NCBI GenBank assembly: GCA_964643045.1
Contig: CAZXSC010000002.1
Coordinates: forward strand, 25,806 to 89,805
DNA length: 64,000 nucleotides
Direction: 5' to 3'
DNA from: an uncultured Rhodospirillaceae bacterium
GTDB taxonomy: Bacteria > Pseudomonadota > Alphaproteobacteria > Rhodospirillales > UBA2165
Part shown: positions 10,148 through 19,707 of the stretch, one piece after another
Layout: each line of letters begins with the position of its first letter
Numbering within the stretch: position 1 is the first letter of the stretch
Notes under the pieces: generated by a model
What the model was told of the DNA's origin: nothing
Seen by the model: the letters and a program-made list of their open reading frames with translations, nothing else
Database searches by the model: none
Program-made: the position numbers and the translations under genes

Positions 10148-11083
10148 TTATTCGGAAAACTTTAAACTCGCCTCTATCCGCTCTTTGATATGCTCTCCAG
10201 CCGTTGTATCCGTAAATTTTGGTGGATTAGATTTGCTCTGACAACTAGGCAATACACTAACAGGTGTAGCGTTATCTGGATCAACAAAAAAAGCAATTGA
10301 GTAACGATCGGTGGTCTTAACCTCTTGCTTTGTACGCGGTCTAACTCGATGCAATGTCGAACAATATTTTTCATTCGTCCAACGAGAAAGCAAATCACCC
10401 GTATTGATTATTACCGTATCAGGGACGTAAATCGCCTGATGCCACGTTCCATCTTTGCTTTTAACTTCCAACCCACCAACATCATCTTGATAAAGCAACG
10501 TAACCGTGCCGTAATCGGTATGCGCTCCCGCGCCTAATTGACCTTCTTCAGGGTTTTGATCGACAACTGGATAATGCAAATACCTAAGCGTTATCACCTC
10601 CCCCGAGTGACAATTCCGGAAAAAATTCAACGGGAGATCAAGCGCTTCGGCAAAAGCTTCCATAACTGTGTTCGCGTCATCTAAACTTTTGTTAAACAAC
10701 TCAATAGCGACATTTCGATACTCATTTGAAGGCCAATTACGCCCTTCCCTCACGGATCTTGGAATATCACGCATGGTAAATGCCTCTTTGAGGTCCGCTG
10801 GCTTACTTTGATCAAGCTTCTCAGATGCAAATCCTTGAAAGCCATGATTATTATCAGCCCCTTGATAGGCAAAGTGGTTTTTTTCATCTAAAGGCTGATT
10901 AAAAAACTCGGCTGCACATTGAAAAGCTCTTAATTTTAGCCCATTACCGACGCTAAGGTTTTTAGCATACATAAAACCAATTTGGGACGCACAGCGATCC
11001 ACTTCAGCTATAATTTCCTGCCGACGAATTCTACTATCAGCATAGAAACCCTCAAAATCAATAATCGGAATTGGGGACATCAA
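10148..11083 (-). CDS. 2-oxoglutarate/Fe(II)-dependent oxygenase (isopenicillin-N-synthase-like)
   Basis: 311-aa ORF. GAHTDYGTVTLLYQD (HxD), STLHRV (distal His) and RYSIAFF (2OG-binding RxS). Confidence 0.85.
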   Translation of the reverse strand: MMSPIPIIDFEGFYADSRIRRQEIIAEVDRCASQIGFMYAKNLSVGNGLKLRAFQCAAEFFNQPLDEKNHFAYQGADNNHGFQGFASEKLDQSKPADLKEAFTMRDIPRSVREGRNWPSNEYRNVAIELFNKSLDDANTVMEAFAEALDLPLNFFRNCHSGEVITLRYLHYPVVDQNPEEGQLGAGAHTDYGTVTLLYQDDVGGLEVKSKDGTWHQAIYVPDTVIINTGDLLSRWTNEKYCSTLHRVRPRTKQEVKTTDRYSIAFFVDPDNATPVSVLPSCQSKSNPPKFTDTTAGEHIKERIEASLKFSE

Positions 11084-11097
11084 ACCCTCTAAAAACG

Positions 11098-12708
11098 TTA
11101 ATCATTAGTGTGTAGCTTGCTTCGCTGGATCAAAAATACCGAACCAAGTGGCACAGCCAGTGTTATCACGGCAACCGTTATCAAAAGTATCCCAAGTTCA
11201 GTATAATTTGCTGTAGATACAATCTCATTCGTAACCTTATCTTTTACTACTCTGGTGATGACAAAGATCTCGTTGAGGTATTTTGTAAAAAGCGCGCTTG
11301 CCGAGAGCGCTAAATTTGTAAAGGATGCAAAAACAGCAAAAAATGTTGCCTTCATATTTGAAGGAGCATTTTTTGCTATCCAGGCCAAAAGAGGTATCAT
11401 TGCAACTTGGCCCAAAGGCGATTCGAGCGCAGTATTAATTATTGCAATAAACTTCGCATCCACTATCCCGGCTGAAATTGATGCTGTCCAAATATGAAAA
11501 CCATAATACATTCCAATACTCGGCAAGAATAAAACGGCTCCCGCTACTGATAAGACAACGATTACCCGTGCGATGGAGTTGCGAGCAATAAAGGGTCGGA
11601 GAAGAATGATACCTGCCAAAGTTAATATGGACGATAAGAGTGATAAGACCGAAAAAAATTGTTCATTGAATCCAAGTTCGTCAATTTCAAACCAGCTTAA
11701 ACCTGGTCCTGGACTAGGCATTGCCCTAAAAACAAAAATAATAACAGCGGTTCCAACGATCATCAGCCTCTGGGTTTCCGGGAGCTCTTTAATTAAACGG
11801 CTCATTAGGAAAAGGATAATCACGACCGAGCCTAAGAAAACTATCTCTTGTGCGAACGGCACGTTGAATGAACCTACACTCACTGAAAAAATAACAAAAA
11901 TTAGGCTCCCAATTAAGATAGTCCAGTTTACTGCAGGACGTTCACTTCCGACATTAAATTCCGTCGAGGAAGCGCCCCGCTCGCGAAGGATACGCTGCCT
12001 GCGTTTTTTTAAATAATTCGCTAGGAATACTCCCAGGACAGATACAAGGGGAATCACCAGGGCATACAAATAAATATTAGCGTAGAGTTGGATTCTTTCC
12101 CGTTCGGCCAGGTTTTCAACGCCTTGAAATAAAATTACATTGGCAAGTGCGACAAGAACCGTGCCGCCAATGATTGCAAATCGTCCAAGGGTTTGCATGG
12201 TTGTGTGCATTTCTTTAATTGCTTCTTGACCAAACTTATGTCCTTTCTCGTCTTCTAGGGGTACTGCCTCGACTGTCATGGCATCTGCTACAACATCTTG
12301 AATGACATAACCAACTGGAGACAGGATAACGCTCAGAATAAACCAAATTTCAGCCGGCAACACCTTCGCCATAGATCCAGTATGTGCAATCAGACCGTAC
12401 ATAATAAGAAGGCTTACCGCGATTATTGACGCTCCAAAATAAACCAAATAGTTTTTATGTTTCCAGATGAGGTCCACAATATGACCAAGAGGCATCTTCA
12501 GCGCCCATGGAAGGCCGGCCCAAAAACCAAGACCTACTAGAAAGGCTGCGCTCAGATTCAAATACTCTTTTATAAAAAAAGTACCCACTATGCCAGTAAG
12601 CCCGGCTATACCCGCCGCAACATAGACCATAAGTGGCGGAAGGTAGCTCCACTTGAATTCTTTTATCAAACCCAGTACCGTCTCTTTTAAATAGCCTGAC
12701 GTAGTCAT
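11098..12708 (-). CDS. Multi-pass membrane transporter, BT1 (folate-biopterin transporter)/MFS-like
   Basis: About 12 hydrophobic segments. The N-terminus LIKEFKWSYLPPLMVYVAAGIAGLTG resembles BT1-family proteins. The ATG at 12708 (GGTGG upstream) is preferred over the TTG at 12726. Confidence 0.6.
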   Translation of the reverse strand: MTTSGYLKETVLGLIKEFKWSYLPPLMVYVAAGIAGLTGIVGTFFIKEYLNLSAAFLVGLGFWAGLPWALKMPLGHIVDLIWKHKNYLVYFGASIIAVSLLIMYGLIAHTGSMAKVLPAEIWFILSVILSPVGYVIQDVVADAMTVEAVPLEDEKGHKFGQEAIKEMHTTMQTLGRFAIIGGTVLVALANVILFQGVENLAERERIQLYANIYLYALVIPLVSVLGVFLANYLKKRRQRILRERGASSTEFNVGSERPAVNWTILIGSLIFVIFSVSVGSFNVPFAQEIVFLGSVVIILFLMSRLIKELPETQRLMIVGTAVIIFVFRAMPSPGPGLSWFEIDELGFNEQFFSVLSLLSSILTLAGIILLRPFIARNSIARVIVVLSVAGAVLFLPSIGMYYGFHIWTASISAGIVDAKFIAIINTALESPLGQVAMIPLLAWIAKNAPSNMKATFFAVFASFTNLALSASALFTKYLNEIFVITRVVKDKVTNEIVSTANYTELGILLITVAVITLAVPLGSVFLIQRSKLHTND

Positions 12709-12925
12709 GTGCCCACCATGAGCCAATTTCTAAAAATTGGGTGATTATAAAGACCTAATCCAAGTTTATCTATTCTATCCAAAATAGCAAAGCTGTTGAT
12801 GTACAAGTGAACGGATAAGACAACAAACGCGGGTTTATAAGTAAAGGTAATTTTTTAAATCGGCGATTGTCTCGCCGGCACCTTTTGCTTAATTTAGTTC
12901 AAAAGTATTAGCGAGGAGGGCTCGA

Positions 12926-13390
12926 TTGAAAAATCTAAATTCAGATATGAAACAAATAATAAAGGGTACTATCCTTTGTTTTGCAGCCACCGTTAATCAA
13001 GATGGCAGCCCTAACCTCTCACCCAAAAGTACCCTGAAAGTTTTCGATGATCAGCACCTAATGTTCGCCAATATTGCATCACCCAGGACCGTTTCTAATC
13101 TAAAAAGAGACTCCCGAATCGAAATCAATTGTGTCGATATTTTTTCCCGGCGAGGATACCGGTTTAAAGGTAAAGGTATTGTCCATTCACCGGGCACTCA
13201 AATTCATGATGATCTACTTCATGAGATTAAAAAAGAACATGGCGAATGCATTCCTGTTCTCGATGCGGTCCTTATCGAGGTTCTTGAAGCCAAACCGGTC
13301 CTCTCGCCAGCGTACAGTTTTATCGAAGACGTGACTGAAGAGCGTATGCGCGATACGTACATGCGCAAGTATAATGTTAAGCGCCAATGA
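12926..13390 (+). CDS. Pyridoxamine-5'-phosphate-oxidase-like FMN-binding split-barrel protein
   Basis: 154-aa ORF with a TTG start preceded by GAGGAGGG. ATVNQDGSPNLSPK...FANIASPRTVSNL pattern of the PNPOx-like family. Confidence 0.55.
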   Translation: MKNLNSDMKQIIKGTILCFAATVNQDGSPNLSPKSTLKVFDDQHLMFANIASPRTVSNLKRDSRIEINCVDIFSRRGYRFKGKGIVHSPGTQIHDDLLHEIKKEHGECIPVLDAVLIEVLEAKPVLSPAYSFIEDVTEERMRDTYMRKYNVKRQ

Positions 13391-13431
13391 GCGAATTTTG
13401 AACCTGATCAGGAAAAAAGCGATTTTGTGTT

Positions 13432-14106
13432 ATGGCTGAGGTAAAAATAGAAGAAAGTTGGAAAAACCGACTTGAGGAGCAATTTAGAGCACCCCATATG
13501 GCCGCGCTCAGCAAGTTTTTGCGAAAAGAAAAAGCAGCCGGTAGAGCAATTTATCCCCCAGGTGGTAAAATATTTAACGCTTTCAACCTCACCAATTTTA
13601 GCTCAGTAAAAATTATTATATTGGGACAGGATCCCTACCACGGGCCAAATCAAGCGAATGGATTAAGCTTCTCGGTTGAGTTGGGTGTCACTCCGCCCCC
13701 ATCGCTGCAAAATATTTTTAAAGAATTGCGGTCTGACCTTGGAATTGAACATCCGGGTCACGGCGATCTAACAGGGTGGGCACGGCAAGGTGTATTATTA
13801 TTAAACGCCTGTCTAACCGTCGAGAATGGCCTACCAAATTCTCACCAAGGTAAAGGTTGGGAAGAATTTACGAATGCTGTGCTCTCTAGGGTGAATGATG
13901 AAAAACAAAATGTCGTATTTATACTCTGGGGCCGTAAGGCACAAGAAAAGGCGAGATTTGTCAATTCGGAGAGACATCTAGTGATCAGGAGCGCGCATCC
14001 GTCACCATTATCAGCCCATAACGGTTTCTTTGGCTCTAAACCGTTTTCTAAAGCTAATTCATATTTAGAAAAAAATGGACTATCGAAAATAAACTGGAAA
14101 TTATAG
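13432..14106 (+). CDS. ung: Uracil-DNA glycosylase, family 1
   Basis: GQDPYHGPNQANGLSFSV water-activating loop, LLLNACLTV, and HPSPLSA leucine-loop motif. 224 aa. Confidence 0.93.
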   Translation: MAEVKIEESWKNRLEEQFRAPHMAALSKFLRKEKAAGRAIYPPGGKIFNAFNLTNFSSVKIIILGQDPYHGPNQANGLSFSVELGVTPPPSLQNIFKELRSDLGIEHPGHGDLTGWARQGVLLLNACLTVENGLPNSHQGKGWEEFTNAVLSRVNDEKQNVVFILWGRKAQEKARFVNSERHLVIRSAHPSPLSAHNGFFGSKPFSKANSYLEKNGLSKINWKL

Positions 14107-14237
14107 GGGGAAATAATTATAGCGAAAGCTAATTTAAGTCATGGTAGTATATTTGTGGCTAAGTGATAATTTGCAATGACGTTCTTCGCGATTTTAAACT
14201 ATTTTAAGGATAGTATAAAAAATAAGAAAGTAAGGTG

Positions 14238-15350
14238 ATGAAAGTTGGGATTCCAAAAGAAACAAAAATAAAAGAATACAGAGTTGGGCTAACTCCAGAC
14301 AGTGTTCTCCAATTTTCCAAACATGGACACCAAATACTCGTAGAAACTGGAGCGGGAATGGGCCTTAACCTCTCCAACGAAGACTACTTAGCGGCGGGCG
14401 CCAAAATAGTTAATAGTGCGGAAGAAATCTTTGCCAAATCCGAGTTGATCATCAAAGTGAAAGAGCCGCAAAAATATGAGAGAAAAATGTTGCGGGAGAA
14501 CCAAATCTTATTCACTTTTCTCCACCTTGCTCCTGATCCCGGCCAAACCAAAGATCTTCTCGATAGCGGTGCCATTTGTATAGCTTATGAAACAGTCACC
14601 AATTCCAATCAGCAGTTGCCATTGCTAACACCGATGTCTCAAGTGGCTGGCCGATTATCAGTCCAAGCGGGGGCAAGCTGTCTGGAAAAAGAGGCTGGTG
14701 GCAAAGGTAAATTGTTAGGTGGCGTCCCAGGCGTTCCGCCTGCAAAGGTAACCATTCTTGGTGGAGGCACGGTCGGGGAACATGCTATTGTAATGGCGCT
14801 GGGATTAGGTGCCGACGTTACAGTCCTAGACAACAATGCAGACGTCTTGGCACGACTTGAACAAAGATATAGCCCCGCACTAAAAACTGTCTATTCAAAC
14901 AATACCTCAATTGAAAATCACGTCATGAACTCCGATCTGGTGATTGGAGCCGTTTTAATCGCTGGGGCTCAGGCGCCCAAGCTAATATCCAGGGATATGA
15001 TTAAGACAATGGACAAAGGCTCAGTATTAGTTGACGTAGCGATTGACCAAGGTGGATGTTTTGAGACTTCAAAACCTACTACCCATGATGATCCCACATA
15101 CCTAATAGACGATATAGTCCATTATTGTGTTACCAATATGCCCGGTGCTGTCCCCCTCACTTCAACCTACGCTTTGAACAATGTAACGACACCCTTTGGT
15201 ATCGCACTTGCAAATAAAGGGTACAGACAAGCGTTAATAGATGATCCGCATCTTAGGAACGGGCTCAATATCTGCAACGGACATGTCACCAATGAGGCTG
15301 TCGCAAATTCATTAGGGTTCAATTACTTTGACCCAAAGAACATTTTCTAA
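14238..15350 (+). CDS. ald: Alanine dehydrogenase
   Basis: [21 protein letters not shown]-terminus, [14 protein letters not shown] fold, [15 protein letters not shown] track starts at GTG 14235; the adjacent ATG at 14238 matches homolog N-termini. Confidence 0.92.
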   Translation: MKVGIPKETKIKEYRVGLTPDSVLQFSKHGHQILVETGAGMGLNLSNEDYLAAGAKIVNSAEEIFAKSELIIKVKEPQKYERKMLRENQILFTFLHLAPDPGQTKDLLDSGAICIAYETVTNSNQQLPLLTPMSQVAGRLSVQAGASCLEKEAGGKGKLLGGVPGVPPAKVTILGGGTVGEHAIVMALGLGADVTVLDNNADVLARLEQRYSPALKTVYSNNTSIENHVMNSDLVIGAVLIAGAQAPKLISRDMIKTMDKGSVLVDVAIDQGGCFETSKPTTHDDPTYLIDDIVHYCVTNMPGAVPLTSTYALNNVTTPFGIALANKGYRQALIDDPHLRNGLNICNGHVTNEAVANSLGFNYFDPKNIF

Positions 15351-15352
15351 TG

Positions 15353-16291
15353 TCAATTCATATATTTAGCTAAAAAGTTGTTCACTTCCAATACGGATCG
15401 TTCGAAAGCTTTTTTTTGGAAAGCTTTTGGAAACTTCCCGATAGCAGGGTGAAATTTCTCCCGATAGCGGCCTAATTCATCAAACTTTCTATAAGCGCCT
15501 TCAAACCCCAGAATTTTGATGGGCGCAGGAAAACCAGCGGATTTTAGCACTTTATATGCTTCATCAGATTCTAAAACGTCATCCTTGCCATACAAAATCA
15601 GTATTGGTTGTTCTATTGGCCCAGTATGCTCCCACTGAGGTTTATCAATAACATATTTCAAATTTGGATAGAATGCGATCGTTGCTTTAAACCCGCCATT
15701 TGGTAAAGAAAGTCTTCGTGATACCTTGTGAACGAAAAGAGCCGCTGATCCACCCCAAGACCAGCCAATCATACCTATTTTGTCTTTCTTGATATTATTT
15801 TGCTTTGATAGCCAGATGTATCCTGCGGCTGCATCCATAGCTCTTTGTTTAGGGCTCACCTGTTGCCAATCTCTCATTATTTCGCCACGGCTACTATCGC
15901 TATCGTCAGTGGCATGTTCACACAAATGACCTCTTGTGCAATAATGATCGATAAAAAGAACTATAAATCCCTCCTTTGAAATTTCTCTGGCCCACCAAAG
16001 CTGATATGGAAAAATTCCCCCAGCACCGTGAAGCGCGACAATCGCCGGGTGAGGCCCGGCATCTGAGGGTGTGAACAATAAAGCATCTAAATTTTTTCCG
16101 TCACCCAAAGACGCTCCATCTATTTTTATTTTTTTTCCAGCTGATACTGCTTCATCGTAAGCTTTAAACGAAACGGCTAAAGCAACATTAACAAAGGATG
16201 TCATCATCGCGCCAAAAATAAAAATAGCTATTAACAGTTGCGGTTTGATATGCATATTCCCCCCAATATTCGTGCCCATCTTGATTTTCAA
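15353..16291 (-). CDS. Dienelactone-hydrolase-family alpha/beta hydrolase, secreted
   Basis: N-terminal hydrophobic signal (LLIAIFIFGAMMTSFVNVALA), IGWSWGGS nucleophile elbow, HGAGG. The start is ambiguous (TTG 16291, ATG 16279 or ATG 16255). Confidence 0.72.
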   Translation of the reverse strand: MKIKMGTNIGGNMHIKPQLLIAIFIFGAMMTSFVNVALAVSFKAYDEAVSAGKKIKIDGASLGDGKNLDALLFTPSDAGPHPAIVALHGAGGIFPYQLWWAREISKEGFIVLFIDHYCTRGHLCEHATDDSDSSRGEIMRDWQQVSPKQRAMDAAAGYIWLSKQNNIKKDKIGMIGWSWGGSAALFVHKVSRRLSLPNGGFKATIAFYPNLKYVIDKPQWEHTGPIEQPILILYGKDDVLESDEAYKVLKSAGFPAPIKILGFEGAYRKFDELGRYREKFHPAIGKFPKAFQKKAFERSVLEVNNFLAKYMN

Positions 16292-16457
16292 GTGTTTAAT
16301 TTATTAAATAAGCGTTTTCTCGTGGTAGTTTAATTCTCCACAACTAATTTACCATACCTAATATCCATTTGTATTTAAATTTATGATCCGTTAGGAAGAT
16401 GATACAAACATGATGCAACTATTGAATTAACCAGGAAAAAATTAATGATCCCGTTAA

Positions 16458-17216
16458 ATGAAGATACTCTTTAAAATGACTCATCAAAGAAAGAATATCC
16501 TGCTTATAACAGGCCTTATTGCTCTTATTTGTAGTTTGTTTTTGTGGCCCCCTTCCACGGGTCTCAGTAGTGATAAAGCTCGCGGAGACAGGGGCAAACA
16601 AGGGCGACCACCAGATAGATATGCTTGTGATTCTGACACCAACGGTCATTGCATCTTTAAAGGGAAGCCTCACTCTAATGGCCTTAAGCCTGGCACAAAC
16701 CAGGTTGTTGACAGAAATAATCGCTTTCTTTTTCTTATCGATGAGGTGGTTGCTGCCAATTCATCGGGCAGAACTCTACGAGCAAGTGGTCGACCTGCAT
16801 TTGACGGTGATCATATGGTTAAGGCTTCCGTAGAAAATTTGAGTGCTGATGAAAAGGCTTTTCATAAAACAATGGCAATCATGTTTCCTATCCGTAATGC
16901 ATTGATGTACGACATAGCTGATTTAAGCCAAAGAAAGTGGGAGCTATTAGTAAAAGAGCTAGCAATTCGTAAAATAAAAGATACTACCTTTACTGGCGGT
17001 CCAACGCCACGGGACAACTACTATGGGAGGCAGGGGATATTTAACCTAGCAAAAAATGCACGTGGACGAGACATTCACCACGAAATTATGAAGTTTCTTG
17101 AAGAATCGGGTATATTTCTTCTGTGTCACCTCACGAGCATCGAATTTAATCAGAAACTTAAGGAGAGGCATCCCGAGGGGCACGATCCGTGCGGAAAAAC
17201 AAAAAATTCAAATTAA
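16458..17216 (+). CDS. Hypothetical exported protein
   Basis: 252-aa ORF with an N-terminal hydrophobic segment (ILLITGLIALICSLFLW). No motif recognised. Confidence 0.45.
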   Translation: MKILFKMTHQRKNILLITGLIALICSLFLWPPSTGLSSDKARGDRGKQGRPPDRYACDSDTNGHCIFKGKPHSNGLKPGTNQVVDRNNRFLFLIDEVVAANSSGRTLRASGRPAFDGDHMVKASVENLSADEKAFHKTMAIMFPIRNALMYDIADLSQRKWELLVKELAIRKIKDTTFTGGPTPRDNYYGRQGIFNLAKNARGRDIHHEIMKFLEESGIFLLCHLTSIEFNQKLKERHPEGHDPCGKTKNSN

Positions 17217-17504
17217 TAACAAACTCACCAAGATTTTAACCCTTTAAAGTAACGGCAATTCAGTTCCACGCATATCCAGCAAAAACAAAAATAACAACAA
17301 GCCCTGTAACTTAACAATAATATTTATTTAATTTTCTGGTAATATAATACCAAAAGAAATTTTGCCCAAAAACAAGTTTACGGATGTCCTTCAATTCATA
17401 AAATATTCAAAACATTTTGGATCAATATTAATATTTTTGTCGCGTTAATAATTATTGCTGAGATTATTTTCGGAAATTGGCTGTTTGGGCCACAGTTTAA
17501 TTTT

Positions 17505-18455
17505 TTGAATATCCCTCGCAATGTTAACTACCATTTTAAAGTAGATGATTTGTACAAAAACAATGACGTGCCGATTAATTACACACGCGACGAACTTGGT
17601 TTTCGAGGGAATTATGACAGCCTTTCAAAAATTGATATTGTGACAATTGGCGGGAGCACAACTAATCAACTTTACATCGATGACTCTGAAACTTGGCAGA
17701 GTCATATAAAGAGAATTTTTGCTCAATCAGGAAAAATTATAACAATCATAAATGCTGGAGTTGAAGGGCAATCAACGCGGGGTCATATAGCAACTTTCGA
17801 TCGATGGTTGACAAAAATTGATGACATGAAAGTCCGCTACATTTTAGCCTATGTGGGAATAAATGACATGCTGATTGAACATGCTGAGCGCGGGGACTCT
17901 ATGGAATCCGATGACCCATTGAGAAGAATACGCCATTTGATTATCAACAATAGTGCGGTTTATAATCTTTTTAGAACCATTCGTGGTTATTTTCGAGCTC
18001 ATTCAGCAAAACTAATTCACCAAGTAAAGCGACCTAAATTCGAAAAATGGATAGAAATTCAACCGTTTAGTGAAAAAGTCACCCCGCCTAAAAAATATGT
18101 TCAAAGATTGATAGCCTACAAGGCGCGGCTCAAACGACTGATAAACAAAATTGAAGAATTTGGTGCAATTCCCATTATTGTTACTCAGCACGCTGGCAGT
18201 TACCGGGTTAAAAATAACGTGGTATATTTTCCAAAACATGCCCCTAAAGGCTTAGCACAGTGGAGTTATCCTATAGTACGCTCTTTCAATAATATGAGTA
18301 TGAGGGTTTGCAAATCTATGAAAGCAATATGTCTAGATTTAGCCAAAAATCTTATTTTCCAAGAAGACGATTACTACGACTACATTCATAACACCCCGAA
18401 GGGCACCCGTAAAATTGGACAATATCTGTATACCAGACTTGTACCTTTTTTTTAG
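17505..18455 (+). CDS. SGNH/GDSL-type hydrolase (probable acyl-esterase or O-acetyltransferase-associated)
   Basis: VTIGGSTTNQ (block I), NAGVEGQST (block II), YVGINDM (block III). The frame is open upstream to 17343 and encodes a transmembrane-like segment with no canonical start (see findings). Confidence 0.6.
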   Translation: MNIPRNVNYHFKVDDLYKNNDVPINYTRDELGFRGNYDSLSKIDIVTIGGSTTNQLYIDDSETWQSHIKRIFAQSGKIITIINAGVEGQSTRGHIATFDRWLTKIDDMKVRYILAYVGINDMLIEHAERGDSMESDDPLRRIRHLIINNSAVYNLFRTIRGYFRAHSAKLIHQVKRPKFEKWIEIQPFSEKVTPPKKYVQRLIAYKARLKRLINKIEEFGAIPIIVTQHAGSYRVKNNVVYFPKHAPKGLAQWSYPIVRSFNNMSMRVCKSMKAICLDLAKNLIFQEDDYYDYIHNTPKGTRKIGQYLYTRLVPFF

Positions 18456-18699
18456 CCTAGGGACATCGGCTGTTCAGCTAGAAAGGCCCAAAAGTACGGC
18501 CAATCGACGAAATGTTTCCGTTAAAGTCATGGTTTGCGGTATGGAGCATGTTTGATGTGCCTTGGCTGAAAAAATTAAGACGCCGGGGCAGCCTTCGAGC
18601 ATAAATGGAAATCCTCTTCGTCCGTCATGGGTTCAGTGTTGCGTTTGATCCCCCAACCGCAATACCCTATATGTTAGATTAATTCGAAAAGGAAAAAAA

Positions 18700-19707
18700 A
18701 TGGGTTCTGAATTAACATCCACCGAAGTCATTCTAATAGGCAAGGAGTGTGGTGCCGATCTAGTCGGAATTGCTGACGCATCTACTTTGAACCAATTTCC
18801 GCCGGACCCAAGATGGCCACAAACCCCTGAGCGTATGACACCAGACGCTAAAAGCGTGATCGTCTTAGCGCTTCGCGTCCCGGCCGCAACTTTTAGAACA
18901 CGCGAGCCTGAGCCCTATCAGATGATGAATATGATGATTAACCGCCGGCTTGACAAAATTGCTCGGCGCGTCTCAGAGAAACTCGAAAAACAAAACTATT
19001 TTGGACTTGTTATGAACAATAATTCAACTGATTGGGAATTAAAGTCCGGCACCTATGGCCATCTCAGTTTGCGTCACCTAGCAGTTGAAGCGGGGATGGG
19101 GACACTGGGACTGGGCGTCAATTTTATGTGCGTCGAATATGGCCCCAGGGTTAATTTAGCCGTGGTGGTTACCGACGCAGAATTAGAACCCGGAAAACCA
19201 ATGGCCGAGCAACTCTGTATCGGCGAGGGTTGCTCCCGTTGTCTCTATGCCTGTCCCACCGATGCCGTATTGCATTTTCACATCGATAAACGTCAATGTT
19301 CGATCGAAGCGCAAACCACAGGTTTTTACGGAGCCGCAGATCTTTTTCATAAATTTGTCACGTCTAATGAAAAGACCCGAAAAAATATACTGAACTCAAA
19401 AGACCTACTGCATTACTGGCAAGGTCTGACACGGGTCTGGGGTTGCTTCGGCACCTGCCCACGTTGCACGGCAGTTTGCCCGGTCGGTACCGACTATCAT
19501 GCGTTTCTAGCCGAGCCACAAAAGGCCATTCCCGAAACCACACCGGAGCGGATCGAGAAAGGCAATTCCTATAAGAAAGCCCGCAAACGTGGCAACGATA
19601 TTCCCGGGTTGAACGACTGGAACGTTCGTTGGGTAGGTCCGGATGGATATACCGGTAAAGCCGCCAAGGTACAGCGGCAGAAATTTAAAGCGAACAAGAT
19701 GCAATGA
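18700..19707 (+). CDS. Double-[4Fe-4S] protein of the reductive-dehalogenase/epoxyqueuosine-reductase (RdhA/QueG)-like superfamily, paralog A
   Basis: 335 aa. GADLVGIA N-terminal motif, HLAVEAGMGTLGLG...EYGPRVNL, CIGEGCSRCLYACP (C-x4-C-x2-C-x3-CP) and CFGTCPRCTAVCP. Confidence 0.65.
   Translation: MGSELTSTEVILIGKECGADLVGIADASTLNQFPPDPRWPQTPERMTPDAKSVIVLALRVPAATFRTREPEPYQMMNMMINRRLDKIARRVSEKLEKQNYFGLVMNNNSTDWELKSGTYGHLSLRHLAVEAGMGTLGLGVNFMCVEYGPRVNLAVVVTDAELEPGKPMAEQLCIGEGCSRCLYACPTDAVLHFHIDKRQCSIEAQTTGFYGAADLFHKFVTSNEKTRKNILNSKDLLHYWQGLTRVWGCFGTCPRCTAVCPVGTDYHAFLAEPQKAIPETTPERIEKGNSYKKARKRGNDIPGLNDWNVRWVGPDGYTGKAAKVQRQKFKANKMQ

Noticed and set aside
12860-12885. The hairpin CGGCGA-TTGTC-TCGCCG upstream of the PNPOx-like gene.
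   Set aside because: The stem is only 6 bp and the T-run is separated from it by 5 nt. The orientation and position, between divergent genes, do not fit a terminator. The evidence is insufficient for a regulatory call.
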